Shown one piece after another: positions 11,740 through 25,387 of a DNA stretch of 64,000 bases. Positions within the stretch are counted from its first letter, which is position 1. Each line of letters starts with the position of its first letter. Under the pieces are notes generated by a model, which searched no databases, had not been told where the DNA came from, and saw nothing but the letters and a program-made list of their open reading frames with translations. This DNA comes from Amoeboaphelidium protococcarum X5 (taxonomy: Eukaryota > Fungi > Aphelidiomycota): the NCBI GenBank assembly GCA_023515725.1, contig JALDTO010000266.1:382708-446707 (forward strand), written 5' to 3'. Both the position numbers and the translations under genes were made by a program.

Positions 11740-12125
11740 ATGGTGGCTAAAAGTAATATAAACTTCTTTTTAAATATTTTATGCAAATAACAATGATATA
11801 ACTGCATTATTAGTATATGTGTGTAGAGCATAAGAGTAAAAGGCAATCTGCCGGAATGAAGTACAAAATCTAAAAGAAGGTGCGCGATCATCACAAGAAG
11901 CTGAAGAAAGATGCCAAGAAGAATCCATAGATTAGACGAAAGCCCAAATAAATTGGTATTCCAAATAGTCTCCCGTTTAAAGATGCTATTTTAAGGTAAG
12001 TTGAGGAGGCCAAGTAGGAGAAATAGTAAGAGCGCGATGCTCAGCGTAAGGCATCTCAGGAGCGAAAGCAATTGAAGAAATCTGCTGTCAAGGCTGATCT
12101 TAAAGCTTCAGTTGAGGATCAATGA
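11740..12125 (+). CDS. Stand-alone GNL3L/Grn1 (Nug1/nucleostemin) N-terminal domain protein, ~103 aa, intron 11753-11826
   Basis: MVAKKHKSKRQSAGMKYKIQKKVRDHHKKLKKDAKKNP...GIPNSLPFKDAIL; TGA at 12123-12125; no GTPase motifs follow. Confidence 0.7.
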
Positions 12126-12318
12126 TATATGAACCAATGTGTTTTTGATATATTCTATCGCGTTACGCTGCCAGTGTATTTATATCTATAATTCTTCGTA
12201 TCAGATTAAACTTTGAGTCCGTTTCATTAGCCGCGTCTCTTTTCATCTGCTGCCGTACCGTTGTTTTCAACTGTACAGAATTTGTGGATTTCAGTCATCC
12301 GATACATTACTATTTGAG

Positions 12319-12966
12319 ATGAACTCTGAGGTTGATAATTTCATACTCGACTTGGGAAATTTTGATTTTCAATTGTCATCTGCTACTAAGTTGAGCCATG
12401 CTGAGAATCGAGATTAGAGACTGACACAAGATTAAAAATAAGCGGGAGATACTCTACATGACCATGCTGCGATTGCGTCCGATGGTAACACTGTAGAAAG
12501 GGGGCCTAAAAATTTGGACATTTTTGTTTAAAAACAGATGTTCAATAGAAAGACTACAGTACTTGCAAACTTGGGTACACGACAATTGCAAAGAGTATAC
12601 TCGCGTAAATTACCACCGTTAAATCCTCCAAAATAGATCAAGGGAAAGCGGGCATTCATTCGATATGACTGGGAGGAGGACTATGTGGAACATCATTTAC
12701 TTCGCCGGATGAAACAAGAACGGTCGTCGGCACGCGTCGTTGCGACGATTGATAAGGAGAATATCTAACCTCGATCATCATTAATGGCTTCACGTAGACA
12801 TGTCTAAATGCCTAAACAAGTCATTTATTAAAATGTGGATAATAAGGAGAACTCGGCTACGGTGTAAAATATGAACTTTTAGTCGACTTAACAAGACAGT
12901 AGCCATTTTATTGCAAGATAGCCGCTTCGTTCTCCTGAAGACGCGCTTTAATTTCTGCTTATGTGA
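12319..12966 (+). CDS. Hypothetical protein (215 aa)
   Basis: Open ATG-to-TGA frame in table 6; no recognised motif. Confidence 0.45.
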
Positions 12967-13093
12967 CAACTGTTGTGAGATTAATCTGCTACTGTGACAT
13001 CTGTTGTAAAAGATTTAATGCTACCAACTTATTCAAGCGTAAAGATGTATTTCAATATTGTATTTAAACTATTCTATCAAGTATCATTCTCAA

Positions 13094-13642
13094 TCAAAGC
13101 AATATCATTAGAAGAAGCATGCATGACATCAGAATACTAGCTCCGTATAATGCACTGCTTGCAGCTCCGGACGTATCTCTCTATTCAACCCAGAAGGCGT
13201 GCATATACATACGGTTATCTGCTTCAGTATAAACACCAATGCTATCCATATCAGACCATGACACCTGAGATAGACTAAAGCTTAGCACCTGCCCATTGTA
13301 AGAAGCCAATCTAGAGTTGACGATTCTAGGGAATAACGTGACACCATTTGGACCAGCCTCTTCAGCGGTCGGCTGCCCCTTTGGAATACCATACCAATAC
13401 GTGTTCTGACCGGCTGGGACTATGGTCAAATTTGACACTTGGAAAGTACAACCATCAATAACTTTGACTGTACCTCCCAGCTTTCTGTCAACACCATCTC
13501 TACTGAATCTACTAGCTGGGTATAGAGTGAAAGTCTGATTTACCAGGTACTGATCTGCCTTATCACAGGGCTTCTGGGCTGAAACAACAGCGCCAGCGAT
13601 TACCATTGCACCAACGAAGGAGTTTAACACGTTATACTTCAT
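13094..13642 (-). CDS. Secreted, GPI-anchored DM13-like domain protein
   Basis: Signal peptide; GGTVKVIDGCTFQVSNL...YWYG...LASYNG...ISVY-like DM13 pattern; the C-terminal SGAASS plus hydrophobic tail appears only after TAG readthrough. Confidence 0.6.
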
Positions 13643-14479
13643 TATATTTACGATGATATAATTAACTGGTATTGTATTTTCTGTTGATAAGATAAAACAA
13701 AAAGATACTAAAGATTTTCAGCTTTGTAGTCAGTCTTAAATATGATCACGCCTGAAATAGCATCATCAGTTGCTATTTATAGAGCTGGAGATCTATTTAT
13801 TGTACCTATTATGGTTCTTAAACAAGAAATTGAAATTGAAATCTCATTAATAAAGTTCATGGCAATTTTATAGAGGTGAGAAAATAAAATTCTTATATGG
13901 TGTTATTCTCGTTTTGGGCAAGAGTCATTCGACAGGCTAAAAATTTCAGAGAGACTGTACTCGCGATTATTACGCGTTATTCTAACTTTGATGGTGTAAT
14001 CTTCGTACTAATTAGTTTGGTGCATCTCTCAAAATTTATTACAGTTTGTCGTAATATTCTATAGCTAATTGATAATCGCGACGCAATGTCTTTGTTAAGT
14101 GCCAGCCTTCAGGCTAATGTGATGTTGACAATTTGGGCTGGTATTAAAACGTAACATTTGCTGTAGCCAATGGCAAATCAAAATATTTTATATAGTTGAA
14201 ATTATAGAGCGTTCTGAGAAATAAATTGCGCAGTAATGCCTTATCTATTAAATTGATATATCAGAACGAAATGCTCGGTCATATGCCGTTAACTACATCT
14301 CCATCCCCTTATCACGCACTGTCGAGCCAATCAAATCTCGCAAACAGCATGAAAAAGCATGATCCGGGGATGGTTGATATGCTCAGCGGTTTTGTAAAGT
14401 ATGCTCTCTTTTGCATATCGAATACTAATATTATTTAATAGAAATATATCTAGACTGCTTACTGCAAAAGAATTTTAGA

Positions 14480-15607
14480 ATGCTAAAACAATTAATCTCG
14501 TCTCTGGTTATCTCGGTGTCGCTGGTACAAGCTGCTATGATCCCTGCTAATCCTAGCAATATTCTGGTATAGAATCAAGCTTATGGTAAAGATTGTCCTA
14601 TGGTAGTCATATTGCATCCGTCTTACATTGCTACTTTTAATGGCCAACCTGATCCTGTTACTGCTGCCAAGAGTGAAGCTCTTACCGTCCTTAATGCCGC
14701 AAGTATGAATTTCTAAAGTACTTTCAATATTGGCACCCCCGTGATGGATATTCGCGTATTGGACGCGTCTTCTGATGCTGGAGCCAATATCTACCAGAAT
14801 TACAACGATGTTCATTACATGCTGCAAGCTCTTGGGGATGCTATAAGAACAAAGTCATAAACCCCACTGTTCCGTAATCTCATGGCGCAATAATCTCCCA
14901 GCACTTCCAATGCGTGTGGTGTTGTTATGATCACACATATAGATTTCTCTGGTACTCTGGGCCTGGCTTATGGCGACTACTCTGATCAGGGCGTAAATGG
15001 TGGTGTATGTGATGTGAATGGCTATAACGCTGCCGTTGTGACAACGAATTAGCGCGGTGCAAAGGTAGATTATGACACTTTTGTACAGACTGTCACTCAC
15101 GAATGTGGTCACATGTTTGGTAGCGCGCACGACTCGCAGAATGTCTAGTGGCCTAGAGGACCTGGTAACCTTCCTCAATGTACTCCGCTAGATGGAAATC
15201 CGTTCTTGATGGATCCTGTGATTTAGAAGGGCGCAAGATAGCATCAATTTAGCGAGTGTTCACAATGGTCTATCGTTGTTAAGTTGAATGCAGGTGCCAA
15301 TCGATGTTTCGTCGACAGAGGTCAAGTCACTCAGGCATAAGCTTCCGCTCCAGCTCCTCCGCCACCTGCCCCATAATAATAATCTCAACCGCTTGTGGTT
15401 CTTGGCGCGCCAACTGCATCAACGAATCAAATCGCTTCTTCTGAAGTTCCATCGATTCTAATATCTGCACCAGCATCGAAATCATCATCATAGTCCTCCT
15501 AATAATAAAGTGATAGTGCAAATTAGACTCCTGCGCAATCACAGCCGTAGTAGTAATAGACTTAAGATTCGATGATAATATTGTCTGCTCCAACACCTGG
15601 TTAGTGA
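14480..15607 (+). CDS. Secreted M12B (ADAM10/17-like) zinc metalloprotease with Gln/Ser/Pro tail
   Basis: Signal peptide MLKQLISSLVISVSLVQA; DFSGTLGLAY, GGVC; zinc motif HECGHMFGSAHD (from 15098); Met-turn FLMDP; FSECS. Confidence 0.85.
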
Positions 15608-15899
15608 ATTGAATTTTGTTGAATTAATAAAAATAGAAATACATTAAAGACCATGTCATCTTTATTCAGAGCTCTATGGTGATGAGGTTTACCTATTTCA
15701 CTGGTATATTCCTCCAACGGTGTGGCGCGCGATGTTTCACTTTTATGTCGCGTCGCCTTTTCCTCTCGCGTTCGCTCCCTGACTTGCTTTGATTTCTTCT
15801 TATACAGTACCTGCTTGCGTTGTGATTCAAGTTTGCAGAGAACTAGGGATCATTATAATATTGACCATAGCAACTACCTAACTGAATTAAGTTCCGAAA

Positions 15900-18800
15900 A
15901 TGCCTTTGTAAGGAGCGTAGAGTACGGACAGTTTGGTTAATAGTCCCAACATCCTTGATGATTTGGCCAATGCACCTCTGAAGTTCAAAACCATCTTGAT
16001 AGCCAACAGAGGAGAGATTAGTATCAGAATTGCCAGGTCTGCACATGAGCTTGGTTTGAAGACAATAGCAATTTATAGTTATGAGGATCGTTATTCTATG
16101 CATAGATACAAGGCTGATGAAGCTTGGTAGATTGGTGAAGAAGGTTAGTACACCCCAGTTGGTGCTTACCTGTAGATTGACGAGATTATCCGCATTGCCA
16201 AACAGAGGAACGCAGATGTTATTCACGCAGGTAATTTGACACATAGTTCTATGTATATATCATTTTTTCAATAATTTTTTATCTAATAAGAGTGTAGGAT
16301 ATGGCTTTCTATCAGAGAATGCCGAGTTTGCTCGTAAAGTTCGTGAGGCTGGAATTGCATTTGTTGGTCCACCTACAGCACTGATCAAGGCTCTGGGTGA
16401 CAAAGTTGCTGCCAGACATCTCGTTGCTGATGTCTGTAAAGTGTAATGTGTCCCTGGAAGTAATGGTCCTGTATAGTCTGTGTAAGAAGTGAAGTAATTC
16501 GTAGACAAGTACGGCCTCCCTATCATCATCAAAGCCGCCATGGGTGGAGGTGGTCGTGGTATGAGGATGGTCAAGACTGAGGCTGACTACAAGGACATTG
16601 ATGCCATTTTTAGCCGCTGTTAGAGTGAAGCGAAATCTGCTTTTGGTGATGGCACAGTGTTTGTAGAGAAGTTGATTCAGAAGGCCAAGCATATTGAGGT
16701 TCAAATATTGGCAGACTCTTACAACGCCATTGAAGGGCAGAATATTAATGACAGTGTGCATAGTCAGCTCAAGTATAGAAGTGAGATTGTCAAGCAGGGA
16801 GACACTTTTGATCATGTCATGCACTTGTTTGAAAGAGACTGTTCTGTGCAGCGTCGTCACTAGAAAGTGGTTGAAATTGCTCCAAGTCCTCCTGGTACTT
16901 TGCATCCCACTTTGCGCGACAAGATTCTGAGTGATGCTGTAAAGATTGCCAGGATCAGTGGATATGTCAATGCGGGAACTGTTGAATTTCTGGCTGAGAA
17001 TTGTGATTAGCCCTACAGTGAAGACTTGAAATCATCTGGTGGTCATTGCTATTTCATTGAGATCAATCCTCGTATTTAGGTAGAGCATACTGTTACGGAG
17101 GAGATTTTGGGTGTTGATCTTATTGCGGCTCAAATTCGTATTGCTGCCGGCCAGGAGCTGAAGGAAATTGGGTTCAAGTAGAATATGTTAAAGCCGCGTG
17201 GGTATGCTATCTAATGCAGAATTACTACGGAAGATGCATTGAACAGCTTTGCTCCTGATGCTGGTAAGTTGTAAGTTTATCGTTCCGCTGGAGGAAATGG
17301 GGTAAGACTGGACGGCTTTGCGCATGCTGGCTTTGTCATATCTCCGTACTATGACTCTCTTCTGGTGAAATGTATCACCTATGCCTCAGAGTTTGATATT
17401 GCAAGACGTAAAATGCTTCGGGCTCTGATGGAGTTTCGTGTTAGAGGAGTCAAGACCAATATTGGTTTCCTGTATGCCTTATTGCAGTCTGAGATATTTG
17501 AGTCTGGACATGTTTACACTACCCACTTGGATGAGTGTTTGCCGTCGTACTTTGAGAAGGTTAAGAGAATTATGTTTGGCAGTGGGAAGAATAGAGCGTA
17601 GAAGTTGTTGAACTATCTAGCTGATGTCGCTGTGAATGGATCTTAAATTAAAGGTTAGTCGGGGGAGCCTGGTTTGAGAGACCATGATCCTTTGTTGCCT
17701 AAACTACCTGCAGACATCCCTATTCAGTATCTTCATGAGCCTATGCGTCCTGAGGATGGTGGTTGGCGTTATGTGTTCTTATCTGAAGGGCCTGAGGCTT
17801 TTGCTAAAGCTGTTCGCAAGCATCCCACACCGTTGATTATGGACACTACTATGCGCGATGCTCACCAATCTCTGCTCGCCACTAGACTTCGTACTATTGA
17901 TATGTTGAAGATTGCTCCGCTGACTTCTCATCTGTTGAAGCATGCCTTTTCATTGGAGTGTTGGGGTGGTGCTACGTTTGACGTTAGCTTGTAGTTCTTG
18001 CATGAGTGTCCATTTGATAGATTGCGTCGCTTGCGTAAGGCTATACCCAACATCCCATTTCAGATGTTGTTGAGAGGTGCAAATGCAGTTGGTTACACGT
18101 CCTATCCTGATAATGTTATCTATGATTTCTGTAAGAAGGCGAAAGATGCTGGAGTTGATATCTTTAGAGTCTTTGACTCTTTGAACTATGTTGAGAATTT
18201 GGAACTTGGTATTAAGGCTGTGAAAGCTGCTGGTGGCATTTGTGAGGGAACAATCTGCTACACCGGTGATGTCTTTGAGGCCACTAAAGTCAATGGACGC
18301 TATGATCTACCATATTATCTGGCTCTGGTTGAAAAGCTAGTCAAGTATGGAATTCATATCCTGGGAATTAAGGATATGGCCGGTTTACTGACTCCCAAGT
18401 CTGCTAAGCTGCTAATAGGCTCTATCCGTGCGTAGCATCCAGATTTGGTTATTCATGTTCACACGCATGACACTGCATCAGTTGGAGTTTCCACTATGAT
18501 TGCATGTGTAGAGAGTGGTGCAGATGTAATTGATGTTGCAATTGACGCCTTGAGTGGGTAGACGTCGTAGCCATGTGCAGGTACATTGATTTATGCACTG
18601 TAGAATACCGAGTATGATTTAGGTGTCAGGTATGAGCATATTTAGATTTTGAATGAGTACTGGGAGCAGATTAGATTGCTGTACCAATGCTTTGATCCTA
18701 AGGTAGGAAATCCTTCTTCTGAAGTGTTGACGCATCAAATGCCTGGCGGTTAGTATACGAATCTGCTGTTCTAGGCAACATCTATGGGTCTTGGGGAAAG

Positions 18801-19677
18801 ATGGACGCAGGTGAAGAAGGCGTATGTGGAAGCTAACCGTATCTGTGGTGATATCGTGAAAGTCACGCCATCTAGTAAGGTTGTGGGAGATTTGGCATAG
18901 TTTATGGTATCGAACAAGTTGACTGAGTAGGATGTTTATAAGCGCGCTGGTGAATTGGACTTTCCTCGTAGTGTAATTGAATACTTTCAAGGATACCTTG
19001 GATAGCCACCGTATGGATTTAATGAAGAATTACGTAGCAAGATACTGAGAGGAAGAGAGAAGATTGAAGGCCGCCCTGGTGCCAGCATGAAGCCTTTCGA
19101 TTTTGATGCCCTGCGTTAGGATTTGTATAGCTAGTATGGTCCTATATCTGAGGAGGATTTGTCGTCATCTGTGTAGTATCCTGCGGTATTCAAAGAGTTT
19201 ATGGAGTTTAAGACGAAATACGGTGATGTCTCTGTACTGCCTACCAGATTCTTCTTATCTGCAATGAAGATCAATGAAGAATGCACCGTGGATATTGAGG
19301 ACGGCAAGACACTGATCATCAAATTACTCGCTGTTGGTCAATCATCAAAGGATGGTGAGAGGGAGGTGTTCTTCTCTTTGAATGGGCAGACGCGTGCGAT
19401 AACTGTCAAGGACCAGGCATCAGCGTCCGAGGTAAAGACTAGACCGAAGGCTGATCCCGCCAACAAGAATGAAGTTGCAGCTTCGATGAGCGGATCTGTG
19501 GTTGAAATTCGCGTCAAGGAAGGACAAGCTGTGAAGGTTGGTGATCCACTCTTCGTCATGTCGGCCATGAAGATGGAAGCCACAGTGTCAGCGCCTGTGG
19601 CTGGTACTGTGAAGGAGATTCACGTCCAAAACAATGACTCTCTGAGTGTGGGTGACTTACTATGTAAGATCGAATGA
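15900..19677 (+). CDS. PYC1: Pyruvate carboxylase, intron 16231-16297
   Basis: [57 protein letters not shown], biotinylation motif AMKM. Confidence 0.97.
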
Positions 19678-20343
19678 AAAAGTTTTTCTCAACAAGAGTG
19701 ATTTTATATTCTCATTTTACATCTGCCTATCAATTGAGCTGAGTTAGTAGTTTGGGTGCCTACGTCTTAAAAACCTGCGAGACTAACTACAGCGATACGC
19801 TGATGGGTGCACTTCACTTTGGTTGTCACTAGTCACGAACTAACAACGTCGCAACATGAATTAAATTTGGTCAGACGTTTCATTGATATATCAATTGTTA
19901 TTGAGGATCTTAAGTATATATAATGTGTATACAGTACATGAACCTGATTAGAATTTAGTTATAATGAACCTCTACATCGTTCATATTATGACTTGCCATA
20001 TGACACATGTGAAAAGTAGGCGCGGAGCAGTGTCCCATTTGCAAAGATTGTGTCGTATAATTAACGTGATTCTCTAGCTTTGCATTGGCTTACAGAAATA
20101 ATCGATGTGGCCATTAAGCATGACTTGTGTCGTCAATTGGTTCCGAGTCGCTGATTGGCCAGTTGGCGTTACACGGTTGCATCGTTGGCAAACTGATTGG
20201 TCAAAATCTGGTCATTGGATACACTAAGATCATACCTTACAGTTAGAATGATATCTCTGTTGCAATCTCTTTTCCCAACTCATATTATCAATACATTAAT
20301 CCAAATAATAATTACACGCAACTGATATAGATTTTATTTGAAA

Positions 20344-21696
20344 ATGAAGTACAATTATTTAATCGCTTTAGCTACTGTCCTGGTAACGATCAACGCGCAA
20401 GGTTATGAGTCTGGCGCGTAATAGCCATCTGCTGCTCCTGCCAAGGCTCCTTGTCCTACCGAGGGCAAGCCAGCGCCTGCTACTCCTGCTCCATAGCCCG
20501 CTGCGCCTGTCCCTGCACCTGCATAACAAGCACCGGCTGCTCCTGTCCCTGCTCCAGCTCACCCAGCTCCAGCTCCTCAGCCATCCACTAAGCCTGGTGA
20601 GGCTCCTTGTCCACCTGGCGCTTAGCCTGCACCAGCTCCTGCTCAGAATGCACCAGCTGGTGGTAACTATGGCGGCAGTCAGCCATCTGCTTCTCCTGCT
20701 GGTGGCAATTACGGCGGCGCATAGCCTGCGCCTGCACCTGCGTAGAATGCTCCTGCTTATGGTGCACCTGCTCTGCCTCCTAAGGAGTGCAAGCCGCGCT
20801 CTACATCTTGCGATAATAACGCCAACTCCACTTGCCCATGCGTTGATTACGGAGCTATCTTGTTTGAACAGGAAGAGTATGCTGGTATCAAGCACTGGGT
20901 CGATGGTAAATCTGGTGAATGTCGCGGCCTCAATGGTACAGACATCCACTCAGTTTCGATCTTGACTGGCCCTGGTGGTGATGCAATCTACTCTAGAGCA
21001 AAGTTGGAGTATGCCAATGGTGTGACTCTGACCTTTTACGATGAGTTCAACTGTGGTGGTAAGTCTCTGCTGCAGACTACCGGCCACCAGCCGTACGTCT
21101 AGAATCTGACTGCACCTGCCCTTTCCGTAAAGATCTCCTGTAATGGTAATGGCACTTTCGCTGCCAACAACACTCAGCCTCCTGGACAGAATTTCCCTGT
21201 CGTGGTGACTGACGAGAATAACTTTGGTGGAGAGAAGCACTGGACTGATGGTCGCCAGTATGAGTGTCGCGGTCTCAGTGGTGTCAATGTCGGCACGATC
21301 TAGTACGTCAAGTCTCCAGGTGCTGATCCTACTGTCGCCTCTAACCTGATCTCTGATGAAGAAGCCAAGTAGCTGAGATTGGTGTTCTTCGATGGTTATG
21401 GATGTATCGGCAACAAGACTGCTGAGTACATTGGAAACTAGAAGAGTCTGTGCCAGGGATCATCTTGCCCACAGCCAAAGTCGGTCATGTTCATGAGTGC
21501 CGACAAGTCCAAGGCTCCGGTGACTCCTCACATCCCGGGCATTGTTGAGAATTCCACTGCTCCAGCTGCTGGTGGAAACAACACAGGTAAGACTTCACAG
21601 ACACAGTCTTTTGACCAGGCCAGCGGTGCTTCTTCAGTGATGTTGAGTGGTGCTGCAGGCTCTCTCCTGTCCGCCGCCCTCGTCTTAATGGTTTGA
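20344..21696 (+). CDS. Secreted GPI-anchored protein with PAP/Q-rich stalk and two Cys-containing repeat domains (450 aa)
   Basis: Signal peptide; PAPQ repeats; duplicated FxxxxY/FxGxKHWxDGxxxECRGL unit; C-terminal SGASS plus hydrophobic tail. Confidence 0.75.
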
Positions 21697-21995
21697 ATGC
21701 AATTATTTGAGTTGAATTGAATGAATGAATTAAGTTAAATTTGAAAACTTTCACTTGAATAAATATTTCTATATCTATACAGTATGCTTTAGCAGTAAAT
21801 GCTTTAAGTGTGTTTATGATGAGCATTTACAATAGCTCTCACCAAGGCGCGTTAGTTCACGGCGCTCTTCTACAAGCAAAGGCGATCCGCGTCTTACCGT
21901 TCTTCCATATTCATACTTGATTTCTAGCTGTTGTATTTGTATTATATTATAGCTCATCCTCTATCACAACTATCGTAAATAATAGTAAAGATAAA

Positions 21996-24900
21996 ATGAG
22001 CGATCAAGTGGGATGGGAAGACCTTATTGATATCGATGAATCCCCTCCTTAATAAGATGATGAACGGGCCGCCACATCATCCCAAGACCAGCTGTTGTAG
22101 GATGTTACTGCTAACAAGGTCAAGATTTAATTCCAAAATGATAAAATAGATGAATAGCCTCAGGCTAATCTAACTGCGATTAATTAGGATTAATAGTAGG
22201 AGTAGAAGGTAAAATAGGAGTTCAATACAGGTGGTATATAGAATGAGAATAGTAGAAATGGTAAGAATAAGCAGTAGTATTATGATGATCTGCGAGAGAT
22301 TATGAGACTTAAAGAGGCGCATTACAAATAAATTTATGCTCGTGATAGAATATATCGCTAGAGGGTATAGGATAAGTTTGTGCGTGATGTAGTACTCCCC
22401 AATGATGTGAGGACCAAGTCGATTTTGCAATGGCGTCAGAAAGCCCAATTGCTGTCCAATTAGTATCATCAGCATTAATAGTAGCAGATGGTGAGTGGAT
22501 AATACAGACGCCGCCATTAAGTTAATTTTTAAGATGGGCCAGAGCGATACGAATTACTATACTCCGGGTCAGCCAGGAGACGTTTAAAACTGAGTGGTCA
22601 AGATTATTACTACGACTTCTTGGATAGTTTTGATTGTGACTTGGCGGAATTACTGGTTCCCATTCGCATTGAGATTGATTTAGATACGTCTGTACCTCTA
22701 GCATAGCTATAAGCATCTGGCCTTGGTGGTGCTGGCGGTGGTAAAGACCATCTGCTACCAAAACTCAGAGATACTTTTACTTGGAATCTTAATGAGAAGG
22801 CTATAAGTTCTTACCAATTTGCTGCCATGTTGTGTGAAGACTATGGAATATCCGTGGAGTAGTACAGTGAGGTGGTTGGCAAGTAGATTGAAGAGTAGTT
22901 GGATGATTTTGTTCGCTTTGGAATTCAGGCTCAAGGGTTGCAGCGATAGTATATGCAGTATTTCCTTGGTAGGATATCTCACTAGGATGCAGAGTTGTAT
23001 TTGTAATCGCTTCAGCAAGATGGTATCACTGCGGGAGAGGTGAGATATCGTCAGGCGTTTGATGTCATGAAGCAAAAGTATCCGTATCTTTTAAAGGATA
23101 CGAAATCTTCAAATTCTCTACCTGGAGAGTTGAGATGTCCAGTCAAGATATCATGCGTGGTGGGCAATGTTCACGTTGAAGATCAGATGGAAGTGGACTT
23201 GTACTCGTTTGATGCTGATACGCCTGAATGCATTGCCAGCTCTGTGTGTGTAGATCTTGGTCTAGGAGGAGAATTTTATACTGCAATTGCTCACTAAATT
23301 CGTGAATAGGTGTGGATTTATGTCAAGCTGCTCATATGTGTCGGATATGCGTTTGATGGAAGTGATCCATCTGCTATAGATGAGGAGATTAAAGGCGTTT
23401 TATTGCCAGTGCTGGATTCCTCTAAAACTGCGGGTAGTGTGATTAGACCATAGTCTGCCAGAGATGAATGGACTCCGATGTTGAATTTCATGGCCGATTA
23501 TGACATGGAAAAATGGTTGAGAGAGCGTGATGGTGGTTCAATAAAGAAGAAGAAACGCACTGGAAGATATCGCCGTAGCGCTCTGTAGATGAAGGAGGGC
23601 AGTCTGTCGGATCAGTTTGGATTTCAGGTGTCTATCACTGAGACTGGCTTGAATGATCCTGGTAGAGATGCTTCGTTATAACATGAAAATGGAATTGATT
23701 TGCTTCGTGGTGTTAATCAGTCACAACAGAATATTCCATTGATTTAGGTTATAAATGTGCCCGAGATAAGTGAGCCTCCGCGGACAATGAGATCGCTTTT
23801 GAGTAACACGTATTTCCAAGTCCTGGGTACTAGTGATCTACAAGTTGATGATACACATGAGATTGAATGGGTGCACAAGTACTGTGGAATTCCTGATATG
23901 TATAAGCAAGATGTGTTCATCGAGCCATAAGTCAGCAATATATAGTAGTAGTAATAGCCGTCAGTATATTCGATGCGCATTGCTAATACTACACCTAAAA
24001 GGTAATCAAGAGCTGCTGCATAAGCGGCCTAAAGTCACATAAAGGAGATGACATAATTTGATAATGCGGAAGAGGATGTGGACATGGTGGAAGAGAGCGA
24101 TGAGGCTGATTATACGGATAATGATGATGGAGGTATTGCTGACTCGGTAAGTGATTATGCTCCAGATAAGGAATACGTTCTCAAGCAACCAGATTAAGTC
24201 AAGAGCAAACGGCCGTAATCGCGTACAGCCAGTGCGTTACCGCCAGCTGAGCCAGTGTCGTAGACAAAGTCTATGCCTTTGCCATCGAATTAGAGTCCAC
24301 CAAGAGCAGATCCGCCCGTCTAGAGTCATAGCCTGCCATTGATGTCTGAAATGTAATAATATCCTCAGATTGCTCCAGAATAACCACTATAGCTTATGCC
24401 TCAGAATAGTAATCCGCTGGCGTTTATTTAAATGCAGCAATTGATTCTAGAATAGCAGAAATAGTAATAGTTTTAACAGCAGCAATAGTAGTAGCTATAA
24501 CAGCAGTAAATGATGCCTCAGATGATGTTTGGCAATCCTCATGCCATGCCGTTCGTTCAGTAGCAATAATAGTTTAATCCTTCTTTGGGCATCAATCCAA
24601 GTTCAATGCATCAGAATCCTTAATCTTATCTAGGTGTGTAATAATAGTAATTTCCATAACAGCTTTAGAGTCGTAAGTCTTTAGATTCCGTGTCTAATGG
24701 TATTAATCCAAGCCATGTTGGTGGTGGACGCAGCGAATCTCCGTAGTAGCAGCTACAGCACCTAAAGTCCAAGTCTCCTTCTGTATCTCAAGACACTACC
24801 TCATCTACCAACAATACAACAACAAGTAAACCTGCCGGTCCCGTCAAGCATTGTGAATTTTGTGGCATTGCTTCTACAGAGACACCATTGATGAGGAAAG

Positions 24901-25004
24901 GACCTGGAGGTAAGAGTACCCTCTGCAATAAGTGTGGTCTCAAATATGCCAAGAAGCAGAAGAATGCTCAGAAGGCTTTGGAAAAGCAAAACTCGATTCA
25001 ATGA
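21996..25004 (+). CDS. SNF5/Sfh1-family chromatin remodelling subunit with poly-Gln region and C-terminal GATA zinc finger
   Basis: YFTWNLNE...FAAMLCEDY; DLGLGGEFYTAIAHQIREQ; CEFCG...TPLMRKGPGGKSTLCNKCGL; poly-Q from mixed TAA/TAG/CAA/CAG at ~24450-24510. Not every internal codon was checked. Confidence 0.82.
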
Positions 25005-25387
25005 TTTTGAAATGGAATCTTAATATATTCGTTTAGTTTGAAATTCTCTGGTTATAATTTGTGGTTTGAACTCTGAGTGATGGTCCAGCGGATTGTTGAT
25101 CAACATAATGCTAAAAATTTCACAGTTCATACTTTGATATTCAATTTTAATCATAAGCGAGCTGTAATAGTCCCTAATTGTGTATAATAATCCTCTTTCA
25201 ATATCTATGAATGTTCGCGTTTTGAATAGATGATTGAATTGAGGCTATTTATAGACGTTGGTTGATAGTAACCATTGAAATGCTCCATGATAGAAACCTT
25301 TTCACTTAATTTTGAAATTAACAGAAACTACTCTGAACATTAAACCTTCAATTAGAAAGTCTTCTACTTTGTGTCATTCGGATAAAG

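Noticed and set aside
20405-20965. Leu/His-rich standard-code ORFs (also 6775-7341, 36692-37741, 45179-45532 and other antisense ORFs)
   Set aside because: They are off-frame or antisense shadows of real table-6 genes.
24440-24680. TAA/TAG/CAG-rich tract as a non-coding repeat or CRISPR-like array
   Set aside because: It is an in-frame poly-Gln region of the SNF5-GATA gene, with no repeat-spacer structure.
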